Source: Eledone cirrhosa (lineage: Eukaryota). Taken from it: a stretch of DNA of 64,000 bases. Position 1 is the stretch's first letter; every line of letters begins with the position of its first letter. The position numbers were made by a program, and so were the translations under genes. Location: the NCBI GenBank assembly GCA_964016885.1, contig OZ024743.1:276954001-277018000 (forward strand), in the 5' to 3' direction. Shown piece by piece: positions 1 through 12,000 of the stretch. The notes beneath the pieces are model-generated. The model had not been told where the DNA came from, made no database searches, and saw nothing but the letters and a program-made list of their open reading frames with translations.

Positions 1-129
1 TAGTGGTAGTGGTACTGTGGTGGGTAACTTTATGGCGAATACATAACGGTTAAATGACAAATTACGCTTTGATCTGGATTAGATTTGGTTTATGTCATGG
101 CGGTGTGATGTGATGGAGGTACGTGATGT

Positions 130-246
130 AGTGTTTGTGCATGTATGTGTGTATTTATGTATATGTGTATGCGAGTATGTGTGAATATATATATATATAT
201 ATATACACACATGTACATGCATACATACATGCATGTATGTAAATAA

Positions 247-285
<39 letters not shown>

Positions 286-375
286 CGTATGTATATATAT
301 ATATATATCATTTTATATATATATATATACATACATATATACATACACAAACACACATATACATACATATATGCG

Positions 376-413
<38 letters not shown>

Positions 414-462
414 CATGCATGTGCATGTGTCTGTGTGCACGCATGTCTCTGTGTGCGTATGA
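130..462. repeat. Compound alternating purine-pyrimidine microsatellite: (TA)n tracts interleaved with (TG)/(TATG) and (CA)/(TACA) tracts
   Basis: Directly visible: (TA)n runs at ~186-205, ~251-278, ~293-308 and ~388-412, separated by TATG/CATA/CACA repeats. This explains the YI/HT/CV low-complexity ORFs in the track. Confidence 0.95.
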
Positions 463-469
463 TGTGAAA

Positions 470-690
470 TTGTGGTGTTCACGGTGGTCCTGTTTGATAG
501 TGTGGGGACGTTGGAGCTGCTGCTGTTTGTTGGTGGTACACGATCTAATTTGGATATGTAGTGTGGTGGTGGTATGACGCAATGTGGGGAGGATTCTAGG
601 TAGTAGTGGTGGTGATGGCGGTGGTAGTGTGGATGGTGTGGTGATTTATGTAGTGTGTTGGTGGTGTGCTGGTGTAGTGGTAGGATATAA
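470..690 (+). repeat. Degenerate (GGT/GTG/GTA)n low-complexity tract
   Basis: Repeated GTGGTGGTG and GTAGTAGTGGTGGTG motifs, G/T-rich and C-poor. A similar tract lies at 1-25. Confidence 0.7.
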
Positions 691-731
691 TGGAGCGTTG
701 TAAATGACGTGGTAATAATACATAGCGTATA

Positions 732-857
732 GACGTTGTTATGGCTGAGTGGTTAAGAAGTTCGCGTCGCAATCATGAGGTTCCGAGTTTTACCCCATTG
801 CATCAGATATTGGGTAAGTGTCTTTACTAGAGTATTGGGTTGATCAAAACCTCGTCA
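732..857 (+). mobile_element. tRNA-derived SINE, CORE-SINE-like and 3'-truncated (resembles octopus SINE families)
   Basis: Pol III A-box TGGCTGAGTGG at 742-752 and a degenerate B-box GAGTTTTACCC at ~785-795, at tRNA-like spacing. These are followed by TTGGGTAAGTGTCTTTACTA...GGGTTGATCAAAACCTCGT, which resembles the CORE-domain TTGGGCAAGT motif and the octopus SINE body as I recall it (not database-checked). Confidence 0.75.
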
Positions 858-859
858 GA

Positions 860-1990
<1,131 letters not shown>

Positions 1991-2296
1991 TAACTATTTC
2001 CACTCTCATGCACATGATACCACCACTATATTCTTACATAATCTGTTGAGTTCGGAAAGATATACGTATAGGTTTAGTAAAATGTTAATGTTACTAACAT
2101 GTTAGCTTTTCTCGAATTTTTGAGGCTGTACATAGGATAGTGATGGGTATACGATTTAAAATAGCTCCAACGTAACCCCGCGCCTCATAAGGGCATCCTT
2201 CTGTAAATGATTGTTTCACGTGACCCCATGATAAGCACGAAACTATCCTGGTGCTCGCATGGTTTAAGTGACCTTAAAACGCTTGTTGTTCTATAG

Positions 2297-2567
2297 CAGA
2301 GGTTCTCAAACTTTTGGGGCAGCCCTCTCGCGGCCACGTATAAAATTCAGCGCCCCACCACTATTTCCAAAGGGACCTGCCTACACGAAAATTGTAAATA
2401 ATATATAATAAATAAAATCGTTAATTTATATATAATAAATAATACAATATATACTAGGTATAGAAAAATATTATATATTTTGTATTTTCACATATAATAT
2501 GTGTCATTTAATATTTAATATAATATTATATCATCTCTAGCGCCCCTTTAGAAAGTTTAGATTACTG
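2297..2567. mobile_element. hAT/Charlie-like non-autonomous DNA transposon (MITE); right end degenerate or overwritten by the satellite
   Basis: Starts with CAGAGGTTCTCAAACTT (2297-2313), matching the CAG(T/G)GGTTCTCAAACT terminal repeat typical of hAT-Charlie MITEs. It is preceded by TTCTATAG (2289-2296), which fits the NTCTANAN target preference. Subterminal AGCGCCCC motifs at 2349-2356 and 2539-2546 flank an AT-rich core. Only a partial right TIR match is present (AAGTTTAGATTACTG, 2553-2567) and there is no right TSD. Confidence 0.6.
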
Positions 2568-5071
2568 GTGACTGATACTGGGGAAAATTAAGATTACTGG
2601 TGTCTGATGCTGGGGAAAATTAAGATTACTGGTGTCTGATACTGGATAAAATTAAGATTACTGGTGTGTGATACTGGGGAAAATTAAGATTACTGGTGTC
2701 TGATACTGGGGAAAATTAACATTACTGGTGTCTGATACTGGATAAAATTATGATTACTGGTGTCTGATACTGGATAAAATTAAGATTACTGGTGTCTGAT
2801 ACTGGGGAAAATTAAGATTACTGGTGTCTGATACTGGGGAAAATTAAGATTACAGGTGTCTGATACTGGGGAAAATTAAGATTACAGGTGTCTGATACTG
2901 GGGAAAATTAACATTACTGGTGACTGATACTGGGGAAAATTAACATTACTGGTGTCTGATACTGGATAAAATTAAGATTACTGGTGACTGATACTGGGGA
3001 AAATTAAGATTACAGGTGTCTGATACTGGGGAAAATTAACATTACTGGTGACTGATACTGGGGAAAATTAACATTACTGGTGTCTGATACTGGATAAAAT
3101 TAAGATTACTGGTGACTGATACTGGGGAAAATTAACATTACTGGTGTCTGATACTGGATAAAATTAAGATTACTGGTGACTGATACTGGGGAAAATTAAC
3201 ATTACTGGTGTCTGATACTGGATAAAATTAAGATTACTGGTGACTGATACTGGGGAAAATTAACATTACTGGTGTCTGATACTGGATAAAATTAAGATTA
3301 CTGGTGACTGATACTGGGGAAAATTAACATTACTGGTGTCTGATACTGGATAAAATTAAGATTACTGGTGTCTGATACTGGATAAAATTAAGATTACTGG
3401 TGTCTGATACTGGGGAAAATTAAGATTACTGGTGTCTGATACTGGGGAAAATTAAGATTACTGGTGTCTGATACTGGGGAAAATTAAGATTACTGGTGTC
3501 TGATACTGGGGAAAATTAAGATTACTGGTGTCTGATACTGGGGAAAATTAAGATTACTGGTGTCTGATACTGGGGAAAATTAAGATTACTGGTGTCTGAT
3601 ACTGGGGAAAATTAAGATTACTGGTGTCTGATACTGGATAAAATTAAGATTACTGGTGTCTGATACTGGGGAAAATTAACATTACTGGTGTCTGATACTG
3701 CATAAAATTAAGATTACTGGTGACTGATACTGGGGAAAATTAACATTACTGGTGACTGATACTGGGGAAAATTAAGATTACTGGTGTCTGATACTGGATA
3801 AAATTAAGATTACTGGTGTCTGATACTGGGGAAAATTAAGATTACTGGTGTCTGATACTGGGGAAAATTAAGATTACTGGTGTCTGATACTGGGGAAAAT
3901 TAAGATTACTGGTGTCTGATACTGGGGAAAATTAAGATTATTGGTGTCTGATACTGGGCAAAATTAAGATTACTGGTGTCTGATACTGGGGAAAATTAAG
4001 ATTACTGGTGTCTGATACTGGGGAAAATTAAGATTATTGGTGTCTGATACTGGGGAAAATTAAGATTACTGGTGTCTGATACTGGGGAAAATTAAGATTA
4101 TTGGTGTCTGATACTGGGGAAAATTAAGATTATTGGTGTCTGATACTGGGGAAAATTAAGATTACTGGTGTCTGATACTGGGGAAAATTAAGATTATTGG
4201 TGTCTGATACTGGGGAAAATTAAGATCATTGGTGTTTGATACTGGAGAAAATTAAGATTACTGGTGTCTGATACTGGGGAAAATTAAGATTATTGGTGTC
4301 TGATACTGGGGAAAATTAAGATTATTGGTGTCTGATACTGGGGAAAATTAAGATTACTGGTGTCTGATACTGGGGAAAATTAAGATTACTGGTGTCTGAT
4401 ACTGGGGAGAATTAAGATTATTGGTGTCTGATACTGGGGAAAATTAAGATTACTGGTGTCTGATACTGGGGAAAATTAAGATTACTGGTGTTTGATACTG
4501 GAGAAAATTAAGATTACTGGTGTCTGATACTGGGGAAAATTAATATTACTGGTGTCTGATACTGGGGAAAATTAAGATTATTGGTGTTTGATACTGGGGA
4601 AAATTAAGATTACTGGTGTCTGATACTGGGGAAAATTAAGATTACTGGTGTCTGATACTGGGGAAAATTAAGATTATTGGTGTTTGATACTGGGGAAAAT
4701 TAAGATTACTGGTGTCTGATACTGGGGAAAATTAAGATTACTGGTGTCTGATACTGGGGAAAATTAAGATTATTGGTGTTTGATACTGGGGAAAATTAAG
4801 ATTACTGGTGTCTGATACTGGGGAAAATTAAGATTACTGGTGTCTGATACTGGATAAAATTAAGATTATTGGTGTCTGATACTGGGGAAAATTAAGATTA
4901 CTGGTGTCTGATACTGGGGAAAATTAAGATTATTGGTGTCTGATACTGGATACAATTAAGATTACTGGTGTCTGATACTGGCTTAAATTAAGATTACTGG
5001 TGTCTGATACTGGATAAAATTAAGATTATTGGTGTCTGATACTGGGGAAAATTAACATTACTGGTGTCTGA
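2551..5071 (+). repeat. 32-bp tandem satellite, proximal sub-array (78 full monomers plus a 15-bp partial)
   Basis: Monomer ATTACTGGTGTCTGATACTGGGGAAAATTAAG repeated from 2561, after a degenerate lead-in GAAAGTTTAG at 2551-2560. The span 2561-5071 is 2511 bp = 78x32+15, so it is in phase with no net indel. Confidence 0.98.
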
Positions 5072-5472
5072 TCTATATATATAAAACTGTGGTTGTCTGT
5101 CTGTCTATCGATTTTTGGCACACATCTCCTCTTAGAATCTCTCACGGAATTGCACCGAAATTGCTATACTTGTACAGTGAGCCCTAGCGAAGACATCGGA
5201 AAAAAAATATTTCAAATTGACCCACCCTATGTGACGAAATTGAATATAATGTATCGATTTTTGAGCGTAAGTTATCAGTTATTTCCCTTTGATCTGTTTA
5301 CATTGAGCGTCTTACGTAAAAAATTACGCTGGCTTTCTCAGCGTTTAAAATGATATTAACACTATACACAAACAGTCTATTTAAAGACTACGTAAAACAA
5401 GCAGATATTTCGTAAAAAAAAGCAAAAATTATATAAGTTTATTTAAAAAATATGTATCTGTAAATTTCGTTA

Positions 5473-5753
5473 GTCGTGCAGACAGACAGTCGTGCAGACA
5501 GACAGTCGTGCAGACAGACAGTCGTGCAGACAGACAGTCGTGCAGACAGACAGTCGTGCAGACAGACAGTCGTGCAGAGAGATGATGTAGGCGTGCAGAC
5601 AGACAGTCGTGCAGAGAGGTGATATAGGCGTGCAGACAGACAGTCGTGCAGAGAGGTGATATAGGCGTGCAGACAGACAGTCGTGCAGATAGGTGATATA
5701 GGCGTGCAGACAGACAGTCGTGCAGAGAGGTGATATAGGCGTGCAGACAGACA
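5473..5753 (+). repeat. Internal minisatellite of the Helitron: 6 x 16 bp followed by 5 x 37 bp
   Basis: GTCGTGCAGACAGACA x6 (5473-5568), then GTCGTGCAGAGAGGTGATATAGGCGTGCAGACAGACA x5 (5569-5753, with few mismatches). Confidence 0.97.
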
Positions 5754-6030
5754 TAACTGATAATTTGGTTACGCTAATGGTTTTCTCTGCGTTGCAGTGT
5801 TTACATTTTCGATCTTTGTTAATAAATAACCAGTGCAGTTTTTATCCCCAGCAACATCTTTTGTTATAACATTCGGGTTATCGTTATGTTTTCTTAACTT
5901 CATAAGGCATATTGTTGGTTGAGCGAATATTAATCAAAAACACCAGATGCAAGTCTGCACAGTAGACACTACAGTTTTTAAGCCAAAAAAGAACCTTAAC
6001 ATTGTAACTTTAACACAGCTACTGAGCGAC

Positions 6031-6058
6031 CCCGAGCAACGCCGGGCTTTACTGCTAG
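6031..6058 (+). other. Helitron 3' hairpin and CTAG terminus (rolling-circle termination signal)
   Basis: CCCG(A)GC/GCCGGG stem with an AAC loop, then CTTTACTG and CTAG. This is the canonical Helitron 3' architecture. Confidence 0.88.
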
Positions 6059-9000
6059 TACTGGATAAAATTAAGATTACTGGTGTCTGATACTGGGGAA
6101 AATTAAGATTACTGGTTTCTGATACTGGATAAAATTAAGATTATTGGTGTCTGATACTGGGGAAAATTAAGATTATTGGTGTCTGATACTGGGGAAAATT
6201 AAGATTACTGGTGTCTGATACTGGATAAAATGAAGGTTATTGGTGTCTGATACTAGGGAAAATTAAGATTACTGGTGTCTGATACTGGGGAAAATTAAGA
6301 TTACTGGTGTCTGATACTGGATAAAATTAAGATTATTGGTGTCTGATACTGGGGAAAATTAAGATTACTGGTGTCTGACAACTGGGGAAACTTAAGATTA
6401 CTGGTGTCTGATACTGGGGAAAATTAAGATTACTGGTATCTGATACTGGACAAAATTAAGATTACTGGTGTCTGATACTGGATAAAATTAAGATTACTGG
6501 TATCTGATACTGGACAAAATTAAGATTACTGGTGTCTGATTCTGGGGAAAATTAAGATTACTGGTGTCTGATACTGGGGAAAATTAAGATTACTGGTGAC
6601 TGATACTGGATAAAATTAAGATTATTGGTGTCTGATTCTGGAGAAGATTAAGATTACTGGTGTCTAATAATTGGGAAAATTAAGATTACTGGTGTCTGAT
6701 ACTGGATAAAATTAGATTATTGGTGTCTGATACTGGGGAAGATTAAGATTACTGGTGTCTGATACTGGTTAAAATTAAGATTACTGGTGTCTGATACTGG
6801 TTAAAATTAAGATTACTGGTGTCTGATACTGGGGAAAATTAAGATTACTGGTGTCTGATACTGGGGAAAAGTAAGATTACTTGTGTCTGATACTGGGGAA
6901 GATTAAGATTACTGGTGTCTGATACTGGGGAAAATTAAGATTACTGGTGTCTGATACTGGGGAAGATTAAGATTACTGGTGTGTGATACTGGGGAAAATT
7001 AAGATTACTGGTGTCTGATACTGGGGAAGATTAAGATTACTGGTGTCTGATACTGGGGGAAATTAAGATTACTGGTGTCTGATAATGGGGAAGATTAAGA
7101 TTACTGGTGTCTGATACTGGGGAAAATTAAGATTACTGGTGTCTGATACTGGGGAAAATTAAGATTACTTGTGTCTGATACTGGATAAAATTAAGATTAC
7201 TTGTGTCTGATACTGGGGAAAATTAAGATTACTGGTGTCTGATACTGGGGAAGATTAAGATTACTGGTGTCTGATACTGGGGAAAATTAAGATTACTGGT
7301 GTCTGATACTGGGGAAGATTAAGATTACTGGTGTCTGATACTGGGGAAAATTAAGATCACTGGTGTCTGATACTGGGGAAAATTAAGATTACTGGTGTCT
7401 GATAATGGGGAAGATTAAGATTACTGGTGTCTGATACTGGATAAAATTAAGATTACTGGTGTCTGATACTGGGGAAAATTAAGATTACTGGTGTCTGATA
7501 CTGGGGAAGATTAAGATTACTGGTGTCTGATACTGGGGAAAATTAAGATTACTGGTGTCTGATACTGGGGAAAATTAAGATTACTGGTGTCTGATACTGG
7601 GGAAAATTAAGATTACTTGTGTCTGATACTAGGGAAAATTAAGATAACTGGTGTCTGATACTGGGGAAAATTAAGATTACTGGTGTCTGATACTGGATAA
7701 AATTAAGATTACTGGTGTCTGATACTGGGGAAAATTAAGATTACTGGTGTCTGATACTGGATAAAATTAAGATAACTGGTGTCTGGTACTGGGGAAAATT
7801 AAGATTACTTGTGTCTGATACTAGGGAAAATTAAGATCACTGGTGTCTGATACTGGATAAAATTAAGATAACTGGTGTCTGATACTGGGGAAAATTAAGA
7901 TTACTGGTGTCTGATAGTGGGGAAAATTAAGATTACTGGTGTCTGATACTGGATAAAATTAAGATTATTGGTGTCTGATTCTGGGGAAGATTAAGATTAC
8001 TGGTGTCTGATACTGGATAAAATTAAGATTACTGGTGTCTGATACTGGGGAAGATTAAGATTACTGGTGTCTGATACTGGATAAAATTAAGATTACTGGT
8101 ATCTAATACTGGGGAAGATTAAGATTACTGGTGTCTGATACTGGTTAAAATTAAGATTACTGGTGTCTGATACTGGGGAAAATTAAGATTACTGGTGTCT
8201 GATACTGGTTAAAATTAAGATTACTGGTGTCTGATACTGGTTAAAATGAAGATTACAGGTGTCTGATACTGGTTAAAATTAAGATTACTGGTGTCTGATA
8301 CTGGGGAAAATTAAGATTACTGGTGTCTGATACTGTATAAAATTAAGATTACTGGTGTCTGATACTGGTTAAAATGAAGATTACATGTGTCTGATACTGG
8401 TTAAAATTAAGATTACTGGTGTCTGATACTGTATAAAATTAAGATTACTGGTGTCTGATAGTGGGGAAAATTAAGATTACTGGTGTCTGATACTGGATAA
8501 AATTAAGATTATTGGTGTCTGATTCTGGGGAAGATTAAGATTACTGGTGTCTGATACTGGATAAAATTAAGATTACTGGTGTCTGATACTGGGGAAGATT
8601 AAGATTACTGGTGTCTGATACTGGATAAAATTAAGATTACTGGTATCTAATACTGGGGAAGATTAAGATTACTGGTGTCTGATACTGGTTAAAATTAAGA
8701 TTACTGGTGTCTGATACTGGGGAAAATTAAGATTACTGGTGTCTGATACTGGTTAAAATTAAGATTACTGGTGTCTGATACTGGTTAAAATGAAGATTAC
8801 AGGTGTCTGATACTGGTTAAAATTAAGATTACTGGTGTCTGATACTGGGGAAAATTAAGATTACTGGTGTCTGATACTGTATAAAATTAAGATTACTGGT
8901 GTCTGATACTGGGGAAGATTAAGATTACTGGTGTCTGATACTGGATAAAATTAAGATTACTGTGTCTGCTACTGGATAAAATTAAGATTACTGGTGTCTG

Positions 9001-12000
9001 ATACTGGATAAAATTAAGATTACTGGTGTCTGATACTGGGGAAGATTAAGATTACTGGTGTCTGATAATTGGGAAAATTAAGATTACTGGTGTCTGATGC
9101 TGGATAAAATTAAGATTACTGGTGTCTGATACTGGATAAAATTAAGATTACTGGTGTCTGATACTGGGGAAGATGAAGATTACTGGTGTCTGAAACTGGG
9201 GAAAATTAAGATTACTGGTGTCTGATACTGGTTAAAATTTAGATTACTGGTGTCTGATACTGGGGAAAATTAAGATTACTGGTGTCTGATACTGGGGAAA
9301 ATTAAGAATACTGGTGTCTGATACTGGGGAAAATTAAGATTACTGGTGTCTGATACTGCGGAAAATTAAGATTACTGGTGTCTGATACTGGGGAAAATTA
9401 ACATTACTTGTGTCTGATACTAGGGAAAATTAAGATAACTGGTGTCTGCTACTGGGGAAAATTAAGATTACTGGTGTCTGATACTGGATAAAATTAAGAT
9501 TACTGGTGTCTGATACTGGGGAAAATTAAGATTACTGGTGTCTGATACTGGATAAATTAAGATAACTGGTGTCTGGTACTGGGGAAAATTAAGATTACTT
9601 GTGTCTGATACTAGGGAAAATTAAGATCACTGGTGTCTGATACTGGTTAAAGTTAAGATTACTGGTGTCTGATACTGGGGAAGATTAAGATTACTTGTGT
9701 CTGATACTGGATAAAATTAAGATTACTGGTGTCTGATACTGGGGAAGATTAACATTAGTGGTGTCTGATACTGGTTAAAGTTAAGATTACTGGTGTCTGA
9801 TACTGGATAAAATTAAGATTATTGGTGTCTGATTCTGGGGAAGATTAAGATTACTGGTGTCTGATAATTGGGAAAATTAAGATTACTGGTGTCTGATACT
9901 GGTTAAAGTTAAGATTACTGGTGTCTGATACTGGGGAAGATTAAGATTACTGGTGTCTGATACTGGATAAGATTAAGATTACTGGTGTCTGATACTGGAT
10001 AAAATTAAGATTACTGGTGTCTGATACAGGGGAAGATTAAGATTACTGGTGTCTGATACTGGATAAAATTAAGATTACTGGTGTCTGATACTGGGGAAAA
10101 TTAAGATTACTGGTGTCTGATAATTGGGAAAATTAAGATTACTGGTGTCTGATACTTGGGAAGATTAAGATTACTGGTGTCTGATAATTGGGAAAATTAA
10201 GATTACTGGTGTCTGATACTGGGGAAGATTAAGATTACTGGTGTCTGATAATTGGGAAAATTAAGATTACTGGTGTCTGATACTTGGGAAGATTAAGATT
10301 ACTGGTGTCTGATAATTGGGAAAATTAAGATTATTGGTGTCTGATGCTGGATAAAATTAAGATTACTGGTGTCTGATACTGGGGAAGATTAAGATTACTG
10401 GTGTCTGCTACTGGATAAAATTAAGATTACTGGTGTCTGATACTGGATAAAATTAAGATTACTGGTGTCTGATACTGGATAAAATTAAGATTACTGGTGT
10501 CTGATAATTGGGAAAATTAAGATTACTGGTGTCTGATGCTGGATAAAATTAAGATTAGTGGTGTCTGATACTGGGGAAGATGAAGATTACTGGTGTCTGA
10601 AACTGGGGAAAATTAAGATTACTGGTGTCTGATACTGGTTAAAATTTAGATTACTGGTGTCTGATACTGGGGAAAATTAAGAATACTGGTGTCTGATACT
10701 GGGGAAGATTAAGATTACTGGTGTCTGCTACTGGATAAAATTAAGATTACTGGTGTCTGATACTGGATAAAATTAAGATTACTGGTGTCTGATACTGGGG
10801 AAGATTAAGATTACTGGTGTCTGATAATTGGGAAAATTAAGATTACTGGTGTCTGATGCTGGATAAAATTAAGATTAGTGGTGTCTGATACTGGGGAAGA
10901 TGAAGATTACTGGTGTCTGAAACTGGGGAAAATTAAGATTACTGGTGTCTGATACTGGTTAAAATTTAGATTACTGGTGTCTGATACTGGGGAAAATTAA
11001 GAATACTGGTGTCTGATACTGGGGAAAATTAAGATTACTGGTGTCTGATACTGCGGAAAATTAAGATTACTGGTGTCTGATACTGGGGAAAATTAACATT
11101 ACTGGTGTCTGATACTGGATAAAATTAAGATTACTGGTGTCTGATACTGGGGAAAATTAAGAATACTGGTGTCTGATACTGGATAAAATTAAGATAACTG
11201 GTATCTTATACTGGGGAAAATTATGATTACTGGTGTCTGATACTGGGGAAAATTAAGATTACTGGTGTCTGATACTGGATAAAATTAAGATTACTGGTGT
11301 CTGATACTGGGGAAAATTAAGATTACTGGTGTCTGATGCTGGGGAAAACAAAGATTACTGGTGTCTGATACTGGATAAAATTATGATTACTGGTGTCTGA
11401 CACTGTGGAAAATTAAGATTACTGGTGTCTGATACTGGATAAAATTATGATTAACGGTGTCTGATACTGTGGAAAATTAAGATTACTGGTGTCTGATACT
11501 GCGGAAAATTAAGATTACTGGTGTCTGATGCTGGGGAAATCAAAGATTACTGGTGTCTGATACTGGATAAAATTATGATTACTGGTGTCTGATACTGTGG
11601 AAAATTAAGATTACTGGTGTCTGATGCTGGGGAAATCAAAGATTACTGGTGTCTGATATGGATAAAATTAAGATTACTGGTGTCTGATACTGTAGAAAAT
11701 TAAGATTACTGGTGTCTGATACTGCGGAAAATTAAGATTACTGGTGTCTGATGCTGGATAAAATTATGATTACTGGTGTCTGATACTGGGGAAAATTAAG
11801 ATTACTGGTGTCTGATGCTGGGGAAATCAAAGATTACTGGTGTCTGATACTGGATAAAATAAAGATTACTGGTGTGTGATACTGTTGAAAATTAAGATTA
11901 CTGGTGTCTGATACTGGGTAAAATTAAGATTACTGGAGTGTGATACTGGGGAAAATTAAGATTACTGGTGTCTGATATTGGTTAAAATTTAGATTACCGG

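Larger units (their letters stand above)
5072..6058 (+). mobile_element. Complete non-autonomous Helitron (rolling-circle transposon), 987 bp
   Basis: The 5' end is TCTATATATATAAAA followed by a short (GTCT)n tract (5095-5106). The 3' end has a GC-rich hairpin CCCGAGC-AAC-GCCGGG (6031-6046), 8 nt upstream of the terminal CTAG (6055-6058). It is inserted between A5071 and T6059 with no TSD, and removing it restores the intact monomer ...GGTGTCTGA|TACTGGATAAAATTAAG. There is no Rep/Helicase ORF. Confidence 0.92.

Noticed and set aside
90-582. Four overlapping ORFs (61-130 aa)
   Set aside because: They are translations of (TA)/(CA)/(TG) microsatellites (YIYI, HTHT, CVCV), open only because the repeats lack stop codons.
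732-800. Functional tRNA gene
   Set aside because: The B-box is degenerate, there is no convincing acceptor stem or cloverleaf, and it continues into SINE body sequence.
2061-2105. Short palindromes TATACGTATA (2061-2070) and CTAACATGTTAG (2094-2105)
   Set aside because: They are short, AT-rich and have no associated structure, so they are compatible with chance.
3400-4850. G-quadruplex array from GGGG tracts
   Set aside because: The G4-tracts are 28 nt apart, too long for canonical loops, and elsewhere many monomers replace GGGG with GGAT.
5093-5353. 86-aa ORF within the Helitron
   Set aside because: Non-ATG start inside the GTCT tract, no Rep (HUH) or helicase motifs, and too short for a RepHel protein.
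5470-5754. 94-aa Cys/His-rich repetitive ORF on the minus strand
   Set aside because: It coincides exactly with the Helitron's internal 16/37-bp minisatellite, whose unit lengths are not multiples of 3. There is no evidence of coding.
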